Source: Candidatus Bathyarchaeia archaeon (lineage in GTDB: Archaea; Thermoproteota; Bathyarchaeia; Bathyarchaeales; Bathycorpusculaceae). Taken from it: DNA of 25,944 bases. The notes below the pieces were generated by a model, which saw nothing but the letters and a program-made list of their open reading frames with translations, ran no database searches and had not been told where the DNA came from. The stretch is from positions 1 through 25,944 of the forward strand of contig JBBFKZ010000023.1 in assembly GCA_037481775.1 (NCBI GenBank). Reading direction: 5' to 3'. The translations under genes were made by a program, and so were the position numbers. Of this stretch, positions 7,842 to 16,266 are shown in pieces. Numbering within the stretch: the first letter of the stretch is position 1; each line of letters starts with the position of its first letter.

Positions 7842-8723
7842 TTAAAGCGCCCCTGTAATAAGCGCGACTCCGAACACTGTTAGGATAGTGCCTATAACAA
7901 GGTTGGGTGAAATCTTTTCTAGTTTTCGCAGAAAAAGATGTGCAAATAACACCACGAATAAGGGTTCCGTAACAAGAAGTGAGGTTACAGTTGACACTTG
8001 CTCGTAACTTAACGCGTAAAAAATCAGTATCCAAGAAACTGCTTGCCCAATTCCAGCTATCCAGAAAAGCTGCCAGTCTCTCTTCAAAGATAACTTGCGC
8101 CGCGTCTGCGTATGATATGCAAGCACTATGGAATACACGATAAGCGAAAACACATACGACACGAGCACACCTATAGCGGGGGCTTCGTAAAGCGTCAATG
8201 CGTATTTTCTGATTATGTTAGCAATGGCAAGGGCCACACCGCCGGCTAACGGAAGCGCCAGATCTTTCTTTGAAAATACCCTGTTTAAGCCGTTTCTAGG
8301 TGTTGTTGCCGCGACGAGTATGCTGCCGAAGATAATTATGAAGATGCCTGCCCAGTTTTTAATGGATAACTGTTCGCCCAGCAAAAGCACGCCAAGCACG
8401 GAGCTGAAAAGCGGATAAATCGAGAATAAAGACGCGTTAACTGGTGCGCCGATTCTTTTTAATCCACTATAATAAAAAAGCCTAACAAGTGCTGGTGATA
8501 ATACGCCACTTAAAGCGAAAAGTAAGCAGCCGGCGACACTGAAGGCACTTAAGTCAGTTAAGAGGACCGCAGGAAGCCATAAAATGGCAACGCCTGATAA
8601 TGAAATGATGAAGCTAATGTTGAAAGCGTTGGACGCCGCCGAGTGCCGTCTTACCAGAATAATTGAAAAAGCTGAGCAAGTTGCTGCAAGCAGCGCCAAA
8701 GTGGCTCCAAGCATGCCCATCAT
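7842..8723 (-). CDS. DMT/EamA family transporter
   Basis: About 10 TM helices in two repeats; 'YPLFSSVLGVLLLGE' and 'EPLFVVLFAHLFLRKLE' EamA motifs. Confidence 0.9.
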   Translation of the reverse strand: MMGMLGATLALLAATCSAFSIILVRRHSAASNAFNISFIISLSGVAILWLPAVLLTDLSAFSVAGCLLFALSGVLSPALVRLFYYSGLKRIGAPVNASLFSIYPLFSSVLGVLLLGEQLSIKNWAGIFIIIFGSILVAATTPRNGLNRVFSKKDLALPLAGGVALAIANIIRKYALTLYEAPAIGVLVSYVFSLIVYSIVLAYHTQTRRKLSLKRDWQLFWIAGIGQAVSWILIFYALSYEQVSTVTSLLVTEPLFVVLFAHLFLRKLEKISPNLVIGTILTVFGVALITGAL

Positions 8724-8868
8724 TGATAGGCGGTGCTATTTAAAAACTAACCTTTTTGTTTAAAGGTTCCAGATGGGAAAACGCGTAGAACGGAAAGGCT
8801 ATCCAATTTTTGGCATGTGGATGCTATCGATAGGCTCTTATTCAAGCTATTAGTAGAGTTTTGGTTGT

Positions 8869-9864
8869 ATGCGAAAGGTTAAGGCGTTAGTTTTGCTTTC
8901 AGGTGGTTTAGACAGCACACTTGCGGCTAAACTAATCCTTAACCAAGGCATCGAAGTTGAAGCCATAAGCTTCGCTACACCCTTCACCGCGGACAAAACA
9001 GGCGGAACTCCCGCTGAGAAGGCGGCAAAGCAGCTTGGCATACCCCTCAAGGTCGTAAACGTCGGTAGCGATTACTTGAAGATGCTGCAAAAGCCAAAGT
9101 ACGGCTACGGCAAGCACATGAACCCTTGTATTGACTGCAAAATTTTCTTTTTACGGAAAGCGAAAAATTACGCCAAAGAGATCGGGGCATCCTTCATTGT
9201 TACAGGGGAAGTTCTCGGCGAAAGACCTATGTCGCAGCACTTTAACGCACTAAAAATAATCGAGGAAGAAGCAGGGTTAAAAGGCAAAGTTCTGCGACCG
9301 CTTTCAGCAAAGCTGCTCCCGAAAACTGATGCAGAAAAAAAGGGATTAGTTGACAGAGAGAAACTTCTGGCAATTCAAGGCAGATCCAGAAAAGAGCAGA
9401 TTCAACTCGCTAAAGAATTCAACATAGAGGGGTACCCATCACCAGCAGGCGGCTGCCTACTGACATGTAAAGAATACGCTGATAAGCTCCGCGACCTTTT
9501 CAAGCACAAGAAACGCTATTCTTCGAATGATATTTTTCTACTTAGATTTGGGCGCCACTTTAGGTTGGGCAAAAACAAGATAATTGTAGGCAGAAACGAG
9601 GCGGAAAATAAGATTTTGCTTTCAAAGAAGTCAAAGAGCGACTATTACTTTGAAGTGCCAAATGTGGGTAGCCCAATAACTATTCTTCAAGGCGCCAAAA
9701 CCAAGAAAGCCGTTCAAACAGCCGCTGCGCTTACAGCGTTTTATTCAGATTCCAAATGCAGCGAAGTCACTGTTAAATTCGGTCTAGAGCGACTAGACAA
9801 AGCGATAACAGTTAAGATACCCACACGTGCTGAGGTTGAAAGCCTCCGTGTTGGCAAGCATTAA
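8869..9864 (+). CDS. PP-loop tRNA sulfurtransferase-like protein (ThiI/MnmA-related) with C-terminal NFACT-R-like RNA-binding domain
   Basis: SGGLDS PP-loop, NPCIDC, TGEVLGERPMSQ, PAGGCLLT, GRHFR..IVGRNEAEN. Confidence 0.85.
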   Translation: MRKVKALVLLSGGLDSTLAAKLILNQGIEVEAISFATPFTADKTGGTPAEKAAKQLGIPLKVVNVGSDYLKMLQKPKYGYGKHMNPCIDCKIFFLRKAKNYAKEIGASFIVTGEVLGERPMSQHFNALKIIEEEAGLKGKVLRPLSAKLLPKTDAEKKGLVDREKLLAIQGRSRKEQIQLAKEFNIEGYPSPAGGCLLTCKEYADKLRDLFKHKKRYSSNDIFLLRFGRHFRLGKNKIIVGRNEAENKILLSKKSKSDYYFEVPNVGSPITILQGAKTKKAVQTAAALTAFYSDSKCSEVTVKFGLERLDKAITVKIPTRAEVESLRVGKH

Positions 9865-9952
9865 ATCGGCTTATGTGTTATTTCTGTAGGCAAGGTTGAC
9901 TTTGAGAAAAATATTTTAATGCACAGCAGACAACATTACATGAGGAGATTAT

Positions 9953-10189
9953 ATGCCTACAGCATTTGTGTTGATAAACACTGAAATCGGTTCTGAGTCA
10001 GACGTGTTGAAAGAGCTAAAAAAAGTCGAGGGCGTTGAAGAAGCCTCCGCAGTTTACGGAGTCTACGACATAGTTGCACGAGTTAAATCCGAAACGATGG
10101 ATAAGCTGAAAGAGATAGTAACCTGGCGAATACGCCGACTCGACAAGGTTAGATCTACACTAACAATGATTGTTATAGAGGAGAAATAA
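9953..10189 (+). CDS. Stand-alone Lrp/AsnC ligand-binding (RAM) domain protein
   Basis: AFVLIN...VYGVYDIVARV...VRSTLTMIV; GAGGAG SD; T-rich terminator at about 10201-10220. Confidence 0.92.
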   Translation: MPTAFVLINTEIGSESDVLKELKKVEGVEEASAVYGVYDIVARVKSETMDKLKEIVTWRIRRLDKVRSTLTMIVIEEK

Positions 10190-10355
10190 TTCTTCCAAAT
10201 TCCTTTTTCTTTTAATTTTGTTTAAGCCATTAATCCATAGCCAAAAAATGCTTAAATGCGATTCTCAAGTTTTGTGGCTCCAAGCATTAGAAAAGCTAAA
10301 AAAATATTTTTTTATTAGCGTGCTCCCTTCTCTAACCGCTGGAGCCCAGTTATAA

Positions 10356-11699
10356 TTGATAAAACAGCAAATAATGCACATTGGAATTGACGATACTGAC
10401 TCAACAAGGCGCGGTTGCACAACCTACGTTTCAGCCTTGCTTGTAGAAAAACTTGAAAAGTTAGGCGTAAAGTTTCTGGATTACCCAAACTTGATTAGGC
10501 TTAATCCTAACGTGCCCTGGAAGACAAGAGGCAACGGCGCATTATGCCTTAGAACCAGTTACGCGGATGCACTTGAGAACAAAATAAAAGACGTTACGCT
10601 AAGCTTAGTGGAAGAATACTCGGATATAGGCTTCCGGGGTACCGACCCTGGAATAGTATTCATTACCAGAGAGGAGGTGCCCGAAGAGATCAAGGTTTTC
10701 GCCAAAAAAGCCATAACGGGCATCGTAACTTTGAAGGAAGCAGTAAAACTTGTCAGAAAGTTTGGCGGCGAAGCCTATGGCTTTAACACTTGCCGCGGAA
10801 TCATTGGTGCGTTAGCAGCGATTGGCGAGACGCTTGAAGCGGACCACACTTACGAGTTAATTGCCTATCGCATGGCGGAAAATTGCGGGGTAAAGCGTAA
10901 GGTGGATGTGGCATCAATCTTTGAGATGGACAAGCTGACGCGGCCATTCACATTTAATAACGTGGACTTGGAAAGAAAAAGAGTGATCATTACGCCGCGA
11001 GGCCCAGACCCTATCCTTTTTGGCATACGGGGTGAAACACCTGAAGTGGTTAAAAGAGCTTTTGAGCTGGTTAAGCCGCTGGAGCCAATTGAGCGATGGA
11101 TGATTTTCCGCACAAATCAAGGCACAGACGCTCATCTCAAGCAAGTAGTAGCCTTAAACCAGATAGAACCCTACAGCTCAGTTATTGTACGTGGAACAGT
11201 ATCGCGGAATCCGCAGCTGGTGCCACTTCGCCATGTGATCTTTTCCATTAAGGACAGAACAGGCGAAGTTGACTGCGCGGCTTACGAGCCTACAGGGTCT
11301 CTCCGTAAAATAGCAAGAGCACTAATCATGGGCGACAGCGTTGAAGTTTATGGTGCCGTACGCAAGCCCAAGGCAGGCAAGCGGTTGACAATAAACCTTG
11401 AGAAAATTAACATACTGACGCTTGCTCCGAAAATCTTGCTTCAAAACCCAACTTGTCCTGAATGCGGCAAACGGTTGAAATCTATGGGTAAAGGCAAGGG
11501 CTTTCGCTGTGAGAAATGCAAGACACGATTTAGTAATATGGATAAAGTGCGGGTTGTGAATGAAAGAGGACTGAAAACTGGTTTATATGCTACGTCGACT
11601 AGATCGCAGAGGCATTTGACAAAGCCACTAAGCCGTTACGGTCTAGAAAAACAAGGTGCAACAAAGCCGAGTTTAATTGAGTCTTGGCACTCGCAATAA
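10356..11699 (+). CDS. tiaS: tRNA(Ile2) 2-agmatinylcytidine synthetase
   Basis: HIGIDDTDS..GCTTY, LIRLNPNVPWKTRGNGA, GPDPILFGIRG, TNQGTD, AAYEPTG, CPECG..C..C zinc ribbon, RHLTKP. Confidence 0.96.
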   Translation: MIKQQIMHIGIDDTDSTRRGCTTYVSALLVEKLEKLGVKFLDYPNLIRLNPNVPWKTRGNGALCLRTSYADALENKIKDVTLSLVEEYSDIGFRGTDPGIVFITREEVPEEIKVFAKKAITGIVTLKEAVKLVRKFGGEAYGFNTCRGIIGALAAIGETLEADHTYELIAYRMAENCGVKRKVDVASIFEMDKLTRPFTFNNVDLERKRVIITPRGPDPILFGIRGETPEVVKRAFELVKPLEPIERWMIFRTNQGTDAHLKQVVALNQIEPYSSVIVRGTVSRNPQLVPLRHVIFSIKDRTGEVDCAAYEPTGSLRKIARALIMGDSVEVYGAVRKPKAGKRLTINLEKINILTLAPKILLQNPTCPECGKRLKSMGKGKGFRCEKCKTRFSNMDKVRVVNERGLKTGLYATSTRSQRHLTKPLSRYGLEKQGATKPSLIESWHSQ

Positions 11700-11735
11700 G
11701 CTACTTCGCTTCATGAATTATGCGTAGGACGCTGC

Positions 11736-14075
11736 TCAATGCTTTCGTTTCTTGAAGTAGGCAACGGCGCCTAAGTCAACAACCGCTATCAGCGCTGCGA
11801 CACCGATAGCCCATGACGCGAAAGAGCCCAAAGTTAGCGATTCAGTTGGCGCCTTTACTACTCGGGTATTGTACTCTCGCAGATACTGCAGATGTGCCTC
11901 ATCGTATGGATAGCTTTCTGTAGGCGGATATGGAAAGCCGGTCATGTTTCGGAAAGGCAGTGGTTCAACAGTGAAATCAAAGCCGTAGCCCCAGTTTCCC
12001 GGTGGATCCTTGAACCAGCAGGCCACAAACAGGAAGTAGTCGCGTTCCATACCCTCTTCTAGGGGCGCTAAACCGCTGGTTGGAAAGCGCAGCGATACTT
12101 GATCGCCTTGGCGTCCAATTACAAACATGTCATCTTCATTGCGAATCAGGGGGGTTACATCGCCGTATCTTGTGAAGTTGCCTGTTGAAGTGGAAATGCT
12201 GGGGAATGCTTGGTGAAGCACTGCGTCAGCATCGAGTTTCTGGATTTTGATGTCCCTTTGAGGAGTCACGTCTATTCCTATGTAATCAAATGTTACATTG
12301 TAGAAGTTTGTTATTCGAATTTTGTATTCTCTGACATCCGCGGGGAATAGCCCTGTCAAGTTGACCGCAAATGTTCGAGGAACGTAATCTGAAGGTGTAG
12401 GAATCTGCCTATCATTTGGTACACGCACCCAATTCCCGTTTGCATCCATCACTTCCATGTAAGGTGGCGGGTAAACCTCGGTGCCGTTGGGCACAAGCCC
12501 TTTCGCAGCTGCTGCTTTGAAGCCTTCAATCCATGGGTAATAATTCTCAGGTAAGCCCCAGTCCACCATACCGTTGATTACCAGCTTAATTTCCTGCGCA
12601 CCAGATAAGGCGCCCAAGTTGAGCGTTAACTGGTTTAGTTTTATCTTGTCCCATGAAGGGCTTTCGAGCCCGTTGATGCCTGGAGTAAAGATTCCGTCAA
12701 GTTTTTCGATGTATGGTAAAACATCTTCGCCGTTTTCGTTTACAGCTGAGATGGGAGTTAGTAGGTTGTTTTTGCTTACAGTGTAAATTTCGCTGGGAAA
12801 TGCCTTGTTAACATAATTGACCATGGTTGAGTATACATCTACATCAGCTGGGTGATCGACAACCAGCATGAAAACAGTGTCTAAGTAGAAGAGCTCATCC
12901 CATTTCTGCAGGAGTATTATGTCGTAAAATTCTCCGTCTGCTGTGTTTCTTGCCGTTAGCTGTTTTGGATCCAGCTTTATTGTATCCCACGGGTTTCCTC
13001 CGCCGAACACTATGTTCCCTTTTTCGTCGATGTAGTCAATGTAACCTAGCCAGCCTGGGTTTGAAACTTCTGTGACGTATACGTAGTCGGTTCCGTTCCA
13101 ATAGAATAGTGATGGGCAAGAGGCGTAGCCGCTGATTACCGTGTAGGTGGCCACTATAATTTTCCGCTCGTTTAATGTGAATGTTATGGATGTGCTTGTG
13201 GATCCATCGCTCCAAAATGAAAATTCCAAAATGCCAGTTCCAACATCAACAATTTTTGGCACGGTAATGGTGTATTCGCCTACTGGCAAAAGCGCGACAT
13301 AAGTTGTCTCATGGGGCTCCCCGTTAAGAGTGAATTCCAAGGGTTTAGAGCCGCCGCCAGACCTGCCAACCATGAGCGTATGATAACCTGTAGGGACAAC
13401 TGTGAATGTCCCTGATAAGGCGTTTACTTGGACCGTGTGTTTTCCTTCTTCTGGTGCAGTAAACGTGAATTCTACTGTTGTAGTTTCTTTAGCGGCTAAT
13501 TCGATGATCCGCCGCTCCAATAATGAACCATCAACCATAAAGCGAACGGCAAGGCTGTCTGGCGCATCTCCCGTGTTCGTGGCAATTACGGTGGCTTTCA
13601 TTGTCTCGTTAGGCCAAGCCTCGTAGGGCTGAACGGTAAGCTTGGATAAGCCTATTTTGCTTGCTGTCGGCGGCGGGTTTTTGACGGTTAACACGCCAGT
13701 TAATCCACCTATTTCGATGATGTAGGTTCCTTCAGTTTCTTTGAGCACTGTGAACTCGGCTATGGTGGAGTTTCTGCCAAGAACTGTGACTGTCTGGTTG
13801 TCTTCTAGGGCATTGTTAATTGTGAGGTTTGCTACGTATTCGCCTTTTTCGTCGCCTATGTTAGTTACGTTTACTGTAACCAGTACCGGCTCGAAAATTT
13901 CTGCCTCAGACGGAGTTATCTTGAGATCGCTTACTACAAATTCAGCGGGTTTAGATGGCCCTGTTATGAATCCCGCAGCTTGGAGGTAAAAGTAGGCTCC
14001 AGCAGCTGAAGCCACTATTAATAGGTCAATTAAAAGAATTGTTTTTAGTTTGGTGATTGCTGAGCGAGAGAGCAT
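11736..14075 (-). CDS. Large surface protein: N-terminal TM, two CARDB/Ig-like domains, a conserved 'SCP' domain of unknown function, C-terminal TM anchor
   Basis: VTVNVTNIG and ATNTGD CARDB-like repeats; ASCPSLFYWNG; GNFTRYGDV..GWFKD-like block; TM+KKRKH tail. Confidence 0.8.
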   Translation of the reverse strand: MLSRSAITKLKTILLIDLLIVASAAGAYFYLQAAGFITGPSKPAEFVVSDLKITPSEAEIFEPVLVTVNVTNIGDEKGEYVANLTINNALEDNQTVTVLGRNSTIAEFTVLKETEGTYIIEIGGLTGVLTVKNPPPTASKIGLSKLTVQPYEAWPNETMKATVIATNTGDAPDSLAVRFMVDGSLLERRIIELAAKETTTVEFTFTAPEEGKHTVQVNALSGTFTVVPTGYHTLMVGRSGGGSKPLEFTLNGEPHETTYVALLPVGEYTITVPKIVDVGTGILEFSFWSDGSTSTSITFTLNERKIIVATYTVISGYASCPSLFYWNGTDYVYVTEVSNPGWLGYIDYIDEKGNIVFGGGNPWDTIKLDPKQLTARNTADGEFYDIILLQKWDELFYLDTVFMLVVDHPADVDVYSTMVNYVNKAFPSEIYTVSKNNLLTPISAVNENGEDVLPYIEKLDGIFTPGINGLESPSWDKIKLNQLTLNLGALSGAQEIKLVINGMVDWGLPENYYPWIEGFKAAAAKGLVPNGTEVYPPPYMEVMDANGNWVRVPNDRQIPTPSDYVPRTFAVNLTGLFPADVREYKIRITNFYNVTFDYIGIDVTPQRDIKIQKLDADAVLHQAFPSISTSTGNFTRYGDVTPLIRNEDDMFVIGRQGDQVSLRFPTSGLAPLEEGMERDYFLFVACWFKDPPGNWGYGFDFTVEPLPFRNMTGFPYPPTESYPYDEAHLQYLREYNTRVVKAPTESLTLGSFASWAIGVAALIAVVDLGAVAYFKKRKH

Positions 14076-14536
14076 TAGATTGCCCCTTTATCAGTGTTAT
14101 TACTTGATTACTCTGTGCACGAGTGATTTAAGCTATTCGGAAGGCTGCTTGTTTAGAAAGCGAAGAGTATATTGATATTACTCGTTTACTGTAAAAAATT
14201 AGTGCCATCTGCTTTCTTTGGAAAATTGTACCAATTCCAAATCTCGTTTGCAACCTTCTTTGAATATCCATGTTCGATAAGCGCCGTTTTAAAAGCACGT
14301 TTTTTCGGCTTATTCAAGCATCCGTCACTGCTTCATTACCTTGCATCATATTAAAAATAAGCGTTTTGTATTGTGAATTCAGTTTTTGTAGATGTGTGCA
14401 ACATGGATACACATGCACGTAGTGTAAATGTCGCGGTTGTTTTGCCTTTTTAGTTTTGAAATGCGCCTTTTCTTTTAGAGAAATAAAAACGTTTAAGATT
14501 CGGATCAGTGCTTGTCCTGCTTCAAGAGATGGCAAA

Positions 14537-15799
14537 ATGGGATTTGGCGACGCTCTTAGGCGCGAATTTTCTTTCGTGAGAGGAAATTACCTGATTCTTG
14601 TAATCAGCTGGATACTGATGGATATAGGCCAGGAGATGCCTGTTCCTTATTATCAGCAGTATGTTGATGCCTTAGGCGGAAACGTTTTTCCCATGGCATT
14701 AGGCATAATAGGCCTCACTAATTTCGTTGCCATGGCGTTTGTGGCGGTTCCAGGCGGTTTTCTCGCAGATAAATTCGGCAGGCGATGGCTTATTGTTACA
14801 ATGACATTTGGCATAGGCATATCTTATCTGTTTTTTGTACTTGCGCCCTTTTGGACGCTAACTCCTGCTTGGCACTTAATTTTGATAGGTACCATAATAC
14901 AAAGTTTATGCCTGATTTATCAGCCAGCTTTATTTGCGATGGTTCAGGATTCAGTTCCTCCTGAACGGCGCGGTGTAGCGTCTTCTTTTATAAATATGAT
15001 ACATGGAACCTTCAATACGCCTGGAACGGTGATTGGCGGAATCATCGTTATTTCTCTTGGTTTGGTTGCCGGTATGCAAATTGTCTATTTTATTGTGATG
15101 GTGCTTTTTTTAGCAGCCGCTTTTAGCAGGTTAACGCTTAAGGAAACCATTGTAAACGGAGAAAAAATGCGCTTTAGATACTTCATTTCCACTTACCCAC
15201 AAGCTATAAAGGAGAATCTGCGTGTGTGGAAGATTGTGCCACGAACGGTTTTCTGGCTCTTTATAGTTCAAGTGATGACTATGTTTCTGTTTGCTTTAAC
15301 AAATGTGATAAACGCTATCTACGCGCGTGATGTACTTGGCATTCCACAGGATCAATGGTTTCTCGTTTACATTCCCATGATGATAATTTTGGTTATAGCA
15401 TCTTTCCCCATTGGTAAAATTGTTGACAATGTTGGCATGAAGCTTCCGTTAACGATTGGCCCATTTGTTCTTGTAGTTTCTATGGTACTTTTCATAAACG
15501 GAAATCTCATTGCTGTCATGGCGTCGATGGCTCTGCTAGGTCTGGTGCAGCTTTTCATGATGTCGGCAGCTATGGCGCTTTCCGCATGTCTAGTTGAACC
15601 GCAAAACAGAGGTAAAATAGTTGGTGGCGTAAATTTTGTGGGCTACATCCTCACTGGCGTCGGCATGATGCTTGGAAATTTCTTCTACACTCTGTGGCCG
15701 CAACTGCCCTTCTATTTGACAATAGCACTGGCGGTTCCGATAATGCTGATCATAATTTTCAGGATTACTGAACCAAAAAAAGAAGACCGTAAATACTAA
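14537..15799 (+). CDS. MFS transporter
   Basis: Motif A GFLADKFGRR, DSVPPERRG, GKIVDNVG and about 12 TM helices. ATG at 14537 (MGFGD) is preferred over the track's 14456. Confidence 0.92.
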   Translation: MGFGDALRREFSFVRGNYLILVISWILMDIGQEMPVPYYQQYVDALGGNVFPMALGIIGLTNFVAMAFVAVPGGFLADKFGRRWLIVTMTFGIGISYLFFVLAPFWTLTPAWHLILIGTIIQSLCLIYQPALFAMVQDSVPPERRGVASSFINMIHGTFNTPGTVIGGIIVISLGLVAGMQIVYFIVMVLFLAAAFSRLTLKETIVNGEKMRFRYFISTYPQAIKENLRVWKIVPRTVFWLFIVQVMTMFLFALTNVINAIYARDVLGIPQDQWFLVYIPMMIILVIASFPIGKIVDNVGMKLPLTIGPFVLVVSMVLFINGNLIAVMASMALLGLVQLFMMSAAMALSACLVEPQNRGKIVGGVNFVGYILTGVGMMLGNFFYTLWPQLPFYLTIALAVPIMLIIIFRITEPKKEDRKY

Positions 15800-15852
15800 G
15801 GGAAGAATATGGCAAATAAGTGCGTAGATTATTCAATAATGTTGTTTTTACT

Positions 15853-16044
15853 TTATTGCCGCTTTTTTATGAAGCCTAATGTTTGCTTTTGCAGACCTAG
15901 TTCGCTGCAGATGCTGCTGCAAGCACCGCAAATTTTCCCTGACTGCAGGTTTTTTATGTGTAGTTTTCTTAACTCTAGCATTCTGTGTATGTTGATTATT
16001 CCTTCTTTGATCTCTTTTGCATCGTAGTTGTTGATTGCAGCCAA
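15853..16044 (-). CDS. Small basic hypothetical protein with CxxCxxxC motif
   Basis: TTG start preceded by AAGGA; ICGACSSICSELG; divergent from 16267 across an AT-rich spacer. Competing overlapping ORFs exist. Confidence 0.45.
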   Translation of the reverse strand: MAAINNYDAKEIKEGIINIHRMLELRKLHIKNLQSGKICGACSSICSELGLQKQTLGFIKKRQ

Positions 16045-16266
16045 TTTTATTACATTCCTTTTTCTTTGTTAACTGTATTACGATGGCATCGTTCAAGTTA
16101 TCTGTTGGGTCATAAAAAATATGATATGTTATATATAGAGTCACATTTTTTGTTACTTAGACTTATATATGCCTTATGGACTAATATGATGTTTAGAAAT
16201 AGTCACACTTTAAGTAACTTTATACCACAATAACCGAAATATATGTAACGATTAAGATGATGAAGA

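Noticed and set aside
16157-16184. dif/Xer-like 11-6-11 site
   Set aside because: The left arm lacks the ATAA core and only about 6 of 11 positions are symmetric. Kept only as a weak operator candidate.
15809-16233. Alternative ORFs (72, 98 and 82 aa) around the small Cys protein
   Set aside because: No SD and low-complexity composition. The 63-aa frame is preferred, though not proven.
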